Below, one piece after another: positions 42,687 through 52,454 of a stretch of 64,000 bases of DNA (its first letter is position 1; every line of letters begins with the position of its first letter). The stretch is from positions 896,001 through 960,000 of the forward strand of contig CAXXSR010000001.1 of assembly GCA_963662615.2 (NCBI GenBank), read 5' to 3'. Made by a program: the position numbers and the translations under genes. The notes beneath the pieces are model-generated. The model ran no database searches and was not told the DNA's origin. It was given only the letters and a program-made list of their open reading frames with translations. The stretch comes from Dehalococcoidia bacterium (GTDB lineage: Bacteria > Chloroflexota > Dehalococcoidia > Bin125).

Positions 42687-43169
42687 ATGAACCGGCAACT
42701 GACATTCGGCGAGACGATGAGGCGGCTCCGCCGCCAGAAGGGGTGGACCCTTGGCACGCTGGCCGCGGAGACCGGGTTGTCCTACTCCCACCTGTCGCGC
42801 GTCGAGAACGACTCGGCGAGCCCGCAGGCAGACGCGGTTGCCCGGCTCGCAGAGGCGCTAGATGGTGACCTCCGCGAGTTGCTGGAGTTGGCGGCCTGCC
42901 TCCCGGCGGTCATCCTCCAGCGGATCGCTCGACGGGAGGAGGGGAACCCTGCCGGGTCGCTTAACCGCTCCGCACGCCGCGACGACGAATCACCACGCGG
43001 CTCGGTCGGCGCGCTGGTGACCGACCTCGCCATCCAGTACGGCCTCCAAGGACCTGAGGTTCAGGAACTCGCCGAGGCCATCGAGCGCCTCGTCGCCCTT
43101 CCCCCTGAGCAGCGTGCGTCGATCACGCGGCTAATCCTGACGCTGGAGTCGAACCGTGACGACCAATAG
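42687..43169 (+). CDS. XRE-family HTH regulator (ImmR-like)
   Basis: FGETMRRLRRQKGWTL..LA..TGLSYSHLSRVEN. Confidence 0.9.
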   Translation: MNRQLTFGETMRRLRRQKGWTLGTLAAETGLSYSHLSRVENDSASPQADAVARLAEALDGDLRELLELAACLPAVILQRIARREEGNPAGSLNRSARRDDESPRGSVGALVTDLAIQYGLQGPEVQELAEAIERLVALPPEQRASITRLILTLESNRDDQ

Positions 43170-43893
43170 GGGCCTCCAAGCTCTCCAGCGGGAGGCGTGG
43201 GCGTTCGGGCGCTCGTTGCGCAACTCCCTGCTCGCCGACTTCGAGGGCGAGTACGGCGAGCCCTCTCCGCCACCAGCGTTAATCGCCGGGGAGTTGCTCA
43301 CCGACTTCCTCGGTGCGCGCCTCTCCTACGACGCGCTGCCGCTCAACGTGTTCGCGGAGACGACCTGGCACGACGGTCAGCCACTCGTAACAGTGAACAG
43401 CCGTACTCGCGAGATCGAGGGCGTGAAGGACCCCGAGGGCGTCTCGAACGTCGGCATCTGGCACGAAGCCGTCCACGTGCAGCGCGACCTCTCGATAGTC
43501 CGCCTCGGCCCACAGATGGCCTTTGAGGGGATGCGTCCGAACCTCACCATCGCGTGCCATCGTGACCGCCAGCGCAGCGCCCGCCGCGGCGAAGAGTTCC
43601 AGCGAGAGTATTTCGCGGAGGAGTCCGGACGCGCTGCCGCCGTCTCCTTTCCACACCTCATCCGCACTGGGGCCTTCCGGCATTTCATCTACCTCGCTGA
43701 ACAGCGCCTCGCGTCCGGCCCGCTCGGCTGGCGTGCCCTCTACGCCGCGGCAGAAGCGATTGGCGTGAACATCTCGGCGCTCGTGAAGCAGTTGGAGGCC
43801 GAGGGCGTCCTGCACGTCGAGCGGTCGCGTGGGCAGAGCATCCTCCACCCGCAGCCAGAACTCGGTGACCTGCTCGTGAGGGCGGGGCAGTAA
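43156..43893 (+). CDS. ImmA/IrrE-like HEXXH metallopeptidase
   Basis: VTVNSR...IWHEAVH...REYFAE; overlaps the XRE gene. Confidence 0.7.
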   Translation: MTTNRGLQALQREAWAFGRSLRNSLLADFEGEYGEPSPPPALIAGELLTDFLGARLSYDALPLNVFAETTWHDGQPLVTVNSRTREIEGVKDPEGVSNVGIWHEAVHVQRDLSIVRLGPQMAFEGMRPNLTIACHRDRQRSARRGEEFQREYFAEESGRAAAVSFPHLIRTGAFRHFIYLAEQRLASGPLGWRALYAAAEAIGVNISALVKQLEAEGVLHVERSRGQSILHPQPELGDLLVRAGQ

Positions 43894-44036
43894 TGACCGC
43901 CTACGCAGCGAAAGCGGACTCGGCGAAGTTGGAGTCGAACAGCGCCATCGTCGAGCAGTCCATCGCGTTTGGGCGGCTCACCTGGCGACGGACGAAAAAC
44001 GAAGAGTTCGAGGTCAAACTCGAACCGTCAATCTAG
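43893..44036 (+). CDS. Small hypothetical protein (47 aa)
   Basis: TAATG coupling to the upstream gene; MTAYAAKADSAKLESNSAIVEQSIAFGRLTWRRTKNEEFEVKLEPSI. Confidence 0.45.
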   Translation: MTAYAAKADSAKLESNSAIVEQSIAFGRLTWRRTKNEEFEVKLEPSI

Positions 44037-44128
44037 GAAGTGATGCACGGTCTGCTTTCATCGCTTGGGGCGGCGCAGAGGCTCCCACCGGGTCTGGGAA
44101 GGACTCGGACAGACCGGGGAGGTCAGCA

Positions 44129-44254
44129 ATGGCCGGACCCGAGGCGAAGCCTCTCGATAGCGATGACCAGGCGGAGCGCGCCGCACTGGAGCACATGATG
44201 CGCGAATGGGCGGACGTGGTCCGCGCGATCATCCTCAGGAGGCGAAAGCGATGA
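44129..44254 (+). CDS. Small protein (41 aa), candidate recombination directionality factor
   Basis: GGGAGG RBS; ATGA overlap with the recombinase; MAGPEAKPLDSDDQAERAALEHMMREWADVVRAIILRRRKR. Confidence 0.5.
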   Translation: MAGPEAKPLDSDDQAERAALEHMMREWADVVRAIILRRRKR

Positions 44255-45825
44255 AGCCAGCAGTTACTCGGATCGTCGGTTACGTCCGCGTCTCGACCGA
44301 TGAGCAGGTGGACGGCCGCTCCCTCGACGCTCAGCAGCGGGAGATCGAGCGATACGCGGATCAGCACGGCCTGGCCCTCGTGGGCATCTACGCCGACGAA
44401 GGGGTGAGCGCACACACCGATCGGCTCGAAAAGCGCCCACAACTCTCCGCGCTCCTGGCTGATGCGAGCCGCGGCGCGTTCGACGCGGTGGTGGTCCACA
44501 CGATCGACCGTTGGGCGCGGAACATCCGTGTGCAGACGGATGCGCTCCAGCGGCTCGGCAAGGCGGGCGTCGGGTTCGTCAGCCTCACAGAGAACATCGA
44601 CTTTTCCACCCCGTCCGGGAAATTGATGCTGACGATGATCGGCGGATTCTCCGAGTTCTTCTCGGACCAACTCGCCGTGCACGTCGTGAAGTCGCAGCGT
44701 CAGCGGGCCGAGTCGGGGCTCCCGGTCGGTCCGATCCCGTTCGGCTACGTGCCGGGCGAAGCCCGCGAGACTCCCATCGTGGACCCGGAGGCGGGCAAGG
44801 CGGTCCGGGAGGCGTTCGCGGCCCGCGCCGCCGGCCAGTCGAACGGTGCGATCGCGGCGATGCTGAACCGCGACGGTTTCCGTACAAAGAAGGGGCACCT
44901 CTTCACGGCGCACGCGATGAAGGACCTGTTCAACTGCCGCTTCTACACAGGCATCGTGACCTTCCGCGGCGAGGAGTTCCCCGGCCAGCATGAGGCCCTC
45001 ATTGCGTCTGAACCCTTCGAGCGCGTGCAGGCACGCCGGGTGCGGCGCGGCCCGCATCGCCGGGTGGCAGGCAAGCCGCGCGGCGTGCTCGCGGGGATCA
45101 TCAAGTGCGCCCGGTGCGGGAACTCGCTGCACGCCGAGCGCGGGCGCGAGAGCCGGGCGATGTACCGGGAGCGCCACGGACGCGAGTGCCCGACGAACCG
45201 TCGCTCGCTGATGGCTCACGCGGTGGACGAGCAGATCAGCGCGATCCTCCGCTCCCTCGAACTCTCAGCCGACTGGCGGGACCAGATCGCGGGGTACACC
45301 GCGGACACGGGAGAGCGGAACATTGACAGCCTCCAGGAGAACCGTCAGAGGCTCGTGCGGGCCTACGCGGACGGTGGATTTTCGCTGGCCGAGTACGAGG
45401 CACGCCTCGCAGCCATCGATGCGGAGATCCGCCACGCTTTGGGCACGACGCCGATCGAGGTGGGCGAGGTCGCGGCCCTTCTGGGTGACCTGCCAGGAAT
45501 ATGGGATGAAGCCACCCCGGATGAGCGGAGGCGGTTGGTCGCGCCGATCGTCGAGCGGGTGTTCGTGGACGTGGAGACGAAGCGGATCAGCGGCCTCGTT
45601 CCGATGCCAGGTTTCAGGACGCTGATCGGGGCGGGGATGCAGGAAACCGCCGACGCCGCGGCGGTCCTGTTCCCGCCGGAGTACTCCCCAGCGGGGCAAG
45701 ATGTTGGAGTTGGTGGAGACGGGGGAGAATTGAACTCCCCGTCCAGTCGGCCTCCAACCGGCCCTTCTACGTGCGTAGCCGGGAGTTTATTTCTCGCCCG
45801 CCGTCCGGCCTCCCAGCGGCCCTGA
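44251..45825 (+). CDS. Large serine recombinase (resolvase + recombinase + Zn-ribbon + coiled coil)
   Basis: YVRVSTDEQ, DRWAR, PFGY, GQHEALI, CARCG; AGGAGG RBS; 3' end overlaps tmRNA antisense. Confidence 0.93.
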   Translation: MKPAVTRIVGYVRVSTDEQVDGRSLDAQQREIERYADQHGLALVGIYADEGVSAHTDRLEKRPQLSALLADASRGAFDAVVVHTIDRWARNIRVQTDALQRLGKAGVGFVSLTENIDFSTPSGKLMLTMIGGFSEFFSDQLAVHVVKSQRQRAESGLPVGPIPFGYVPGEARETPIVDPEAGKAVREAFAARAAGQSNGAIAAMLNRDGFRTKKGHLFTAHAMKDLFNCRFYTGIVTFRGEEFPGQHEALIASEPFERVQARRVRRGPHRRVAGKPRGVLAGIIKCARCGNSLHAERGRESRAMYRERHGRECPTNRRSLMAHAVDEQISAILRSLELSADWRDQIAGYTADTGERNIDSLQENRQRLVRAYADGGFSLAEYEARLAAIDAEIRHALGTTPIEVGEVAALLGDLPGIWDEATPDERRRLVAPIVERVFVDVETKRISGLVPMPGFRTLIGAGMQETADAAAVLFPPEYSPAGQDVGVGGDGGELNSPSSRPPTGPSTCVAGSLFLARRPASQRP

Positions 45826-46066
45826 CGGCGGACCAGTCAGAATTGTCTTGGCAGTCCGGTCCCGACACCCCGGACCGAGCAGTCAGGCTAAGTGGCGCCT
45901 CATCCTCACCCGCCCGACGGAGGTGAGAGGAGACGTCGTCGCCTTAGTTAGGCGGCGAGGGCGAACTCTTTTTCGCCAGTTACAATGTTGCCGCTGATTT
46001 ACGAGGGTGCGGCGCCTCGGCACGCAAGACCGGGTGATCAGACCGCTGTCGAGCCCTTTCGTCCCC
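45711..46066 (-). ncRNA. ssrA: tmRNA; tag (A)GEKEFALAA at 45977-45948
   Basis: Acceptor GGGGACG/CGTCTCC-ACCA with G3:U70; T-arm; tag ending ALAA-stop; adjacent to smpB. Confidence 0.95.
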
Positions 46067-46074
46067 GTCTTCCT

Positions 46075-46080
46075 ATTGTA
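46075..46080 (-). promoter_or_regulatory. Putative -10 element (TACAAT) for ssrA
   Basis: 8 nt upstream of the mature 5' end. Confidence 0.5.
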
Positions 46081-46142
46081 GCGCGAGATGGCACCCTGGC
46101 GCCGCAGGGGTCGGGGCGGGCACGATTCCGCGCGGGCAGGGC

Positions 46143-46640
46143 TCAGCGCCGGACGGCCGCGCGCATCTGTCGCTCCGCGTCGCGCTGGGAGATCTGGGCG
46201 CGTTTGTCATAGTGCTTGCGGCCGCGCCCGACGGCGATCTGGACCTTGGCGAGGCCGCGGCTGAGGTAGAGGTGCGTGGGCACGATGGTGAGCGAGCGCT
46301 GCTCGAACGCCTCGGTCAGCTCGCGGATCTCGCGCCGGTGCAGCAGCAGCTTGCGGTCGCGGGTCGGTTCGTGGTTGAAGCGGTTGCCCGCCTCGTAGAG
46401 GGCGATGTTGGCGCCCACCAGCCAGAGTTCGCCCTGGAGGGGCCGCACGTAGGCCTCGGCGATGCTGCCCTTGCCTTGTCGCAGCGATTTGATCTCCGTG
46501 CCGGTGAGGACCAGACCGGCGTCGTAACGCTCCAAGATTTCGTAGTCGTAGGAGGCGCGGCGGTTGCGCGCGATGGTGCGGAAGTTGCCGTTGGCGGGCG
46601 CGTCGCTGGGGCGGCGCTTCTTGGCTGATCGCTTCGCCAC
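46143..46640 (-). CDS. smpB: SsrA-binding protein
   Basis: IARNRRA.YDY, GLVLTGTEIKSLR, RKLLLH, GRK.YDKR. Confidence 0.97.
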   Translation of the reverse strand: MAKRSAKKRRPSDAPANGNFRTIARNRRASYDYEILERYDAGLVLTGTEIKSLRQGKGSIAEAYVRPLQGELWLVGANIALYEAGNRFNHEPTRDRKLLLHRREIRELTEAFEQRSLTIVPTHLYLSRGLAKVQIAVGRGRKHYDKRAQISQRDAERQMRAAVRR

Positions 46641-46744
46641 GGCGCGAGTCTATCCCAGGAGACTACGAGACATAACATTCAAGCGGGCGTTGCGGCCGGC
46701 GGGCCCGCGCCGGTCGGGCAGGGGAGGGGGCCGCGGAGCGCGCC

Positions 46745-48046
46745 TTAGTCGGGCAGGGCGCTGGTGGCGTTCTGGCGGTCGCGCAGATACTCCACGGCGG
46801 CGAAGAGCTGGACGTCGCGGCGCTCGGCGAAGTCCTCGTCGCTGGGCTCAACGATGATGTCGGGAATGACGCCAATGCCCTCAATGATGTTGCCGTCGGG
46901 TCCCAGCCAGCGGGCGATGCTGACATAGAGGACGCTGCCATCGGAGAGGCGGCGGGGCAGGTTGACCGTGCCCTTGCCGATGGTCTGCTCGCCGATGACC
47001 ACGCCGCGGCCGTGAGCGCGTAGCGCCTCCGCCATGACCTCGGCGCCGGAGGCGGAGCCGCCATCAACCAAGATCACGATTTCGAGGTCGATAGCGGCGC
47101 CGCCGCTGTCGGCGGTGAAGTCCTGGGTGCTGCCGTCACGCGCCACCTCGATGAGGACGAGGCCGCCGTCCAGGAACTCGGCGGTGGTCTCCACCGTTGT
47201 CGTGAGGAGGCCGCCCGGGTTGCCGCGCAGATCGACGATGAGCTGCGACAGCCCCGCCTCCCGAACAGAGTCCAGGAAGGGCAGCAGCTCGGTGCGGGTG
47301 CGCTCGGTGTACTGCGTGATGATCAGGTAGCCAATGTCCTCCACGGGCTGCCCCTCGCGGTCTTCAATCTCCACGGAGAGGACGCTGGGCACCACGATGC
47401 GCTCGCGGACGATGGTGATCGTCTCCTCGACATCGTTGCGGTGGCGAACGGTGACCTCCACGGAGGTGCCGCGCTCGCCGCGAATGCGGGCCACGGTGAG
47501 CTGGAGGCTCCAGCCCTCGGTGGATTCGCCGTTGACCGCCAGGATCACGTCGCCGGATCGGATGCCGGCCGCCTCTGCAGGCGAGTCACGAAAGGTGCCG
47601 CTGATCAAGATCTCGTCGCCCTGCTGGTTTACGGTCGCGCCGATGCCCTCGAACTGCCCGCTGATCGACTCACTGGAGAGACGGAAGGTCTCCTCGTCGA
47701 TGTAGACGGAGTGGGGGTCGTTCAGGGAGGCGATGGCGCCGTTGATGGCGGCGGTGCGGATGTCGACGAGATCGACCCGTTCGGGCTCGACGAACTCCTG
47801 ATCAAGGATCGTGTAGACCTCGTCCAAGAGGGTGAAGCGGGAGTCCCGGCCGCTCTCTTCCACCGCCACGACGGGCGCGGGGGCTTCGACGGCAAGTCCG
47901 TCATCCGTGACGCGGACGGCGCGGATGGTGCGCGGCTCGTCGTCGTCCAGCAGGCCCATCACGCCGATGCCCAGCGCGAAGGCCGACCCGGCCATCACCA
48001 AGACGAGGAGCAAAAGTATGCCGCGAGAAGAACGCGTCTGGGTCAT
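46745..48046 (-). CDS. ctpA: S41 C-terminal processing peptidase (PDZ)
   Basis: LNDPHS, FEGIG, DLRGNPGG, SASGAE, GEQT.GKG. Confidence 0.9.
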   Translation of the reverse strand: MTQTRSSRGILLLLVLVMAGSAFALGIGVMGLLDDDEPRTIRAVRVTDDGLAVEAPAPVVAVEESGRDSRFTLLDEVYTILDQEFVEPERVDLVDIRTAAINGAIASLNDPHSVYIDEETFRLSSESISGQFEGIGATVNQQGDEILISGTFRDSPAEAAGIRSGDVILAVNGESTEGWSLQLTVARIRGERGTSVEVTVRHRNDVEETITIVRERIVVPSVLSVEIEDREGQPVEDIGYLIITQYTERTRTELLPFLDSVREAGLSQLIVDLRGNPGGLLTTTVETTAEFLDGGLVLIEVARDGSTQDFTADSGGAAIDLEIVILVDGGSASGAEVMAEALRAHGRGVVIGEQTIGKGTVNLPRRLSDGSVLYVSIARWLGPDGNIIEGIGVIPDIIVEPSDEDFAERRDVQLFAAVEYLRDRQNATSALPD

Positions 48047-48156
48047 GGGCTCCTCATCTCCCGGCCGGGGCGCCGGAACGGCGCCTCCGTGCAGCAGTCA
48101 CCGAGCGGTACGTTCAGTGTATGGCTCTGGATGGGGCGGGTGAACTGGGGCGAGGC

Positions 48157-48618
48157 CTAGCGGACGGTCCAGCGCACCGTGACCCGCGCCGACGCGTCCC
48201 GGCTGCCGTTGCTGAGCGCAAGCTGATAGCGAGAGCGGGTGAAACCCGCCTTGAACTGAAAGCTGCCCTGCTGCTCTTGGGATTGGCGAGGGAGTTCGTT
48301 GGACGGCCCTTGCAGGCGCACGCGCAGGGGGATGGGACTGTCGGGGAAGGGGGGATCGAGCTGCCAGCGGACGGCGACGAGGCGGCCGGGGTCGATCTGG
48401 ATGGGGGTCACGACGGTCTCCCCTGGGGGGATCTCCACGGTGGCGACCTCGCGTTGGATCGCGGAGCCGAAGATCAGGTTGCTGAAGATCACCGCCAGCA
48501 GGACGAGCGTGACCGTCGTCAGCGGCCAGCGGATGATCCGCCGCAGACGGAGGTATCGGCGCCAGAGGCGCCACAGAGGCGCGCGCCCGCGGCGAGGGAC
48601 ATCGCGTATCACGCCGGG
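48157..48618 (-). CDS. Hypothetical membrane-anchored protein
   Basis: Basic N-region, TM (WPLTTVTLVLLAVIFSNLIF), beta-rich C-terminus; start uncertain. Confidence 0.55.
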   Translation of the reverse strand, partial: PGVIRDVPRRGRAPLWRLWRRYLRLRRIIRWPLTTVTLVLLAVIFSNLIFGSAIQREVATVEIPPGETVVTPIQIDPGRLVAVRWQLDPPFPDSPIPLRVRLQGPSNELPRQSQEQQGSFQFKAGFTRSRYQLALSNGSRDASARVTVRWTVR

Positions 48619-48646
48619 AGCGTAGGCGCGCCCGTCGGCGCCGGCG

Positions 48647-48967
48647 CTAGGCGCCCGGCGCGCGGTAGTCGGGCAGGCGCGCGACGCCGGCGTCCATCTC
48701 CGCCGCCGTGAGCAGCGGCGTCGTGGTCGCCTGGACCATGCCGCTGCGGTTGATCGCGAGGGATACCGCAATCACCGCTGCGGCATCCGGCGCGTCAACG
48801 ATCGTGAAGACGTCATCGGCGCCGAAGGCGAAGTAGAACGCCTCAACCGACCCGCCCATGCTCTCGATGAGCGAGGTCACATGTTGCTGGCGACTGGCGA
48901 ACCCCTCTTTCACCGCACCGTCCAGACCGGCGGCCGTGTAGGAGGCGCGGACTAGGAACTTGGGCAT
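48647..48967 (-). CDS. GYD domain-containing protein
   Basis: MPKFLVRASYT..G..G..KEG..R...IESMGG.VEAFYFAFG.DD. Confidence 0.85.
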   Translation of the reverse strand: MPKFLVRASYTAAGLDGAVKEGFASRQQHVTSLIESMGGSVEAFYFAFGADDVFTIVDAPDAAAVIAVSLAINRSGMVQATTTPLLTAAEMDAGVARLPDYRAPGA

Positions 48968-49128
48968 GTCATTCTCCACTTCACTGTTGGGACAGAAAAG
49001 GCTGCTGGAACAGGAAGGATAGCCGGATCGTCGGTGGCGGGCCAACGGCAAGAGGGCGGTGGCTGCGGAGCGTCGATATGATGCGGGCAGCCGCGGTCCC
49101 GCCGTGTGCGGGCGGAGAGAGAGTGCGG

Positions 49129-50046
49129 ATGGCAGAGAGCCGGGTCGCTCTCGTTTGCCCGGGTCAGGGCGCCCAGAAGCCGGGCGGCGTCGCCTCGCTC
49201 CCCGCGCGCGCGCGCGCCGTTTTCGATCGCGCCTCAGCGCTGATCGGCCTGGACCTGTGGGAGGCGGGGCTGCGGGGAACGCCGGAGCGGCTGGCCCTCC
49301 CCTCGATCCTGCAGCCGTTCCTCGTCGCCTGGGCGGTGGCTGAGGAGGAGCAGGCCCGCGCGCACCGCGCCGATCTCCCCACAGTCGATTACGTGATGGG
49401 CCACTCGTCCGGGCAGAATTCGGCCATGGTGCTGGGCGGCGCCGTTGGCTTTGCCGACGGTGTTCGCTTCGCACACGAGCGCGGTCAGCGGTTGGACGAG
49501 GGCTGTCGCGCCGAAGCGACGGGGCTGGTGGCGGTGGCCGGGCTGGAGCGAAGCGAGATCGATGCCATCGCCGCGGAGTCGGAGGTGGCGCAGGCCAATC
49601 ACAACGCTCAGGACCAGTTCGTGTTGGGGGGGCGCCTCGCCAACGTTGAACGGGCCCGCGCCCTGGCGATCGCTCGCGGCGCGGAGGCGACGCTGCTGCG
49701 GGTGGCGGGGGCGTTTCACAGCGAGCACTTTCGCGCCGCCGACGCCGCCACCGAGCCGCTCATTGCGGCTCTGCCCATCGCCGACCGCTTCACGCCGATC
49801 ATCGCCAACGCCGACGGCCGGATCCTGACCGACGCCGCCGCTCTTCGCAGTGAACTGTCCTGGCAGTACACGCGGCCCGTGGCCTGGGTCGCCGCCCTGG
49901 AGAGCGCCTTCGCGCAGGGCGTGCGCACGTTCGTGCTGGCGGGCCCCGGCAACGCCATGAACGGCCTGGTGCGACGCTTCGGGCGCACGGCGCCGGCGCC
50001 GCTGACGACGATCCGGCTCAACCAGCCCGTGGGCTCGAGGCCTTAA
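49129..50046 (+). CDS. FabD-like ACP S-acyltransferase
   Basis: CPGQGAQ, LQP, GHSSG, ANHNA..Q.V.GG, VAGAFHS. Confidence 0.88.
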   Translation: MAESRVALVCPGQGAQKPGGVASLPARARAVFDRASALIGLDLWEAGLRGTPERLALPSILQPFLVAWAVAEEEQARAHRADLPTVDYVMGHSSGQNSAMVLGGAVGFADGVRFAHERGQRLDEGCRAEATGLVAVAGLERSEIDAIAAESEVAQANHNAQDQFVLGGRLANVERARALAIARGAEATLLRVAGAFHSEHFRAADAATEPLIAALPIADRFTPIIANADGRILTDAAALRSELSWQYTRPVAWVAALESAFAQGVRTFVLAGPGNAMNGLVRRFGRTAPAPLTTIRLNQPVGSRP

Positions 50047-50387
50047 CCTCCGACGAAAACGGCGACGAACGGTCTCTCCCTGTATCGCGACATAAGGATG
50101 AGTGGGCCGTTTCGGGCTTCGCGTTGGCCGACGCGTTTGCGGGAAGGGGTGGCCGGGGTGGGGCGGGCTCCCCGAAGCGATCGATTGGCAGCTGGGGATC
50201 CGTGCGTGCATCGCGTCGATCCCGATCGGCGGTTGGGGCAGCGGAAGCGGGCGGGTTGGCGGGTTCGGTTTGCGCCCTGCTGCGACTCCCATCTGGTGAA
50301 CCTCGAGGCTGAGCGAACATAAGGGACATAGGGCGATCATGCGGATCGAAGCGAGGTGCGCCGGGCGGGTCGCTCCCCGACCGCGTT

Positions 50388-51296
50388 GTGGCTGCTGACG
50401 GCCGCCGCTACGCTCCCGCCGTGCAGCCGTCCTTCGGCGACGTCGAGGTCAATGGCATCGCGATCCGCTACGCCCGCTGGGGCGACGACGGCGCGGGCAA
50501 GCCGCCGCTGCTGTTGTCGCACGCGACGGGCTTCTGCGCCATGGTGTGGCGCCTGGTGGCCGAGGGGCTGAGCGGCCGCTACGACGTGTACGCGCTGGAC
50601 CGGCGCGGCCATGGCGCTTCGCCATCGCCGCGGGGCGGCCAGGCGGGCGTTGAGCGCTACGACTTCGCCACCTTCGCGGCCGACCTGACCGCGTTCGTGG
50701 AGGCACTGGGACTCAAGGATGTGTACGGGGTGGGTCACAGCAGCGGCGCCACTGACACCCTCCTGGCCGCCGCCGACCGGCCCAACTCGATGAGCCGCGT
50801 TCTCGCCCTGGAGCCGATCATTCCCCTGCCGGAGTGGCGCGGGAGCGGCCCCTCGCCGCCTCAGCTCCTGGCCGAGCGGGCGCGCCGCCGCCGCTCGAAT
50901 TTCGAGAGCCGCGCCGCCGCCCGTGCGCGGTGGGCGTCGCGCGAGCCGTTCGAGCGATGGGACTCTCGCGTGTTAGATGATTATGTCGAGTACGGCCTGG
51001 AGGAGCGATCGCCGGGCGCCGGCGTCGGCCTGCGCTGCCCGCCAGAAGTCGAAGCGGCGATGTTTGCCGCCTCCGCCGCCTTCGATCCGCTGCCCGACCT
51101 GGCGCGGGTCCGTTGCCCGGTGCTGGTCGCCGACGGTGAGCGCTCGGGCGGCGACTTCGCGCGGATGGCGGACGCGGCCGCGGGCGCGATCCCGGGGGCG
51201 GGGCGCTACACGTTCCCGGACGCGACCCATTTCCTGCCCATGGAGCGTCCTGAGGCGGTCGTGGGGAAGGTCTTGGAGTTCGGGGAGCCGGGCTAG
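50388..51296 (+). CDS. Alpha/beta hydrolase
   Basis: HATGF, DRRGHG, GHSSG, HFLPMERP; start may be GTG 50421. Confidence 0.9.
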   Translation: MAADGRRYAPAVQPSFGDVEVNGIAIRYARWGDDGAGKPPLLLSHATGFCAMVWRLVAEGLSGRYDVYALDRRGHGASPSPRGGQAGVERYDFATFAADLTAFVEALGLKDVYGVGHSSGATDTLLAAADRPNSMSRVLALEPIIPLPEWRGSGPSPPQLLAERARRRRSNFESRAAARARWASREPFERWDSRVLDDYVEYGLEERSPGAGVGLRCPPEVEAAMFAASAAFDPLPDLARVRCPVLVADGERSGGDFARMADAAAGAIPGAGRYTFPDATHFLPMERPEAVVGKVLEFGEPG

Positions 51297-51329
51297 CACG
51301 CGCCCCGCTCGTACGATCGTGCGGCGTCC

Positions 51330-51641
51330 TCAGTCGCCCGTCTCATTCAGCCGTGAAGTGAGGTCGAACTTGACGTTGCCGATGGAGTCCCGCACGACGT
51401 TGCTGATCTCCCCGCCCGTCTGCAGGTAGTGCAGCAGCCGGTAGATATCTAGACGGGCGAAGTCCAGATCGGCGTGCTCCATCAGCAGCGTCAGGCTGAG
51501 CCCGCTACGGCGCTGCAGCCGCTCGGCCTCATGCAGCAGGGCCCGCCGGACGGCGCGCACGTCCGCCTCCGTGGGGCCCAGCGGCAGCGAGGCCGTCGTG
51601 GGCCGCCGGAAGCGCTGCCGGAACCGATCGATCAAGCCCAT
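51330..51641 (-). CDS. Small hypothetical protein
   Basis: MGLIDRFR...; protein-like composition. Confidence 0.6.
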   Translation of the reverse strand: MGLIDRFRQRFRRPTTASLPLGPTEADVRAVRRALLHEAERLQRRSGLSLTLLMEHADLDFARLDIYRLLHYLQTGGEISNVVRDSIGNVKFDLTSRLNETGD

Positions 51642-51675
51642 CGCCGCTGCCACCACCTATCACCGCACCTTTACG

Positions 51676-52296
51676 TTAGCGGCCGGCCCGTCGCCGTGCG
51701 ATAGCGCCCTGCAACAGCGCTATCACCTCCGCGTCCGCGCCCGCCTCGCGCAGGGCCCGCAAGCGCGGATCGACGGCGCCGGCGGTGCGCCAGGCGGCGA
51801 TGAGAAGGTCCGCCGCGGCGGCACGGTCTTCGGCCCGGTCATCCTCCTCCAGCGGCAAGGAGCCGCGCGCCAACATGACAGCGCGCCGCCCGCGCGTGGC
51901 GTCGGGGTCGCCGGCGAACTCCTCCAGCACGGCCGCGTACTCGTGCTCGGCCTCGCGCAGCTGTCCCAAGGCCAGGCGGACGCGGGCATGCACCAAGCGG
52001 CTATCGACGTCGTAGGGGCGCGCCCGGGCGGCGCGGTGGGCGGGCGCCAGCGCCTCATCCGGCCGGCGGAGGGAGAGGAGCGCCTGGGCCCGTCGCAGGC
52101 AGAGGTGATCGTGGTCGCGGAGGCCGGCGGCCTCCGCCTCCTCCAAGGTCCTCAGGGCCGCGCCCGCGCGCGCGGCCACGTCGTCATGGGGCGCGCCGGC
52201 GTCCTCCAGCGCTTCGGCTTGCTCCAAGAGCGCCTCAGCCTCACGCAGGAGGCGGGCGGCTCGCCGCGAACGTCTCAGGCGGTCGAGCAGGCCCAC
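51676..52296 (-). CDS. TPR-repeat protein
   Basis: RAQALL.L.R..EAL..A..A...P.D...RL.HA...LALG...EA...Y..VL. Confidence 0.75.
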   Translation of the reverse strand: MGLLDRLRRSRRAARLLREAEALLEQAEALEDAGAPHDDVAARAGAALRTLEEAEAAGLRDHDHLCLRRAQALLSLRRPDEALAPAHRAARARPYDVDSRLVHARVRLALGQLREAEHEYAAVLEEFAGDPDATRGRRAVMLARGSLPLEEDDRAEDRAAAADLLIAAWRTAGAVDPRLRALREAGADAEVIALLQGAIARRRAGR

Positions 52297-52421
52297 GGCC
52301 GTCCCCCTGCCTTACAAGTTATGTCACGATTGTTCGGCCCCGCTGCGCGGCCCGGTTATGCGGCCAGGTTATGCGGCCCGGCCGGCGTCGCGCAGCGGCT
52401 GGCGGCGAAGGGGACAGGGCC

Positions 52422-52435
52422 GGAACGCATGTTCC
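52422..52435. promoter_or_regulatory. LexA box upstream of dinB
   Basis: GGAAC-GCAT-GTTCC, 19 nt before the ATG; GAAC-N4-GTTC is the Gram-positive/Chloroflexi LexA motif. Confidence 0.8.
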
Positions 52436-52454
52436 ATTCTGCTACGGTTGCGCC

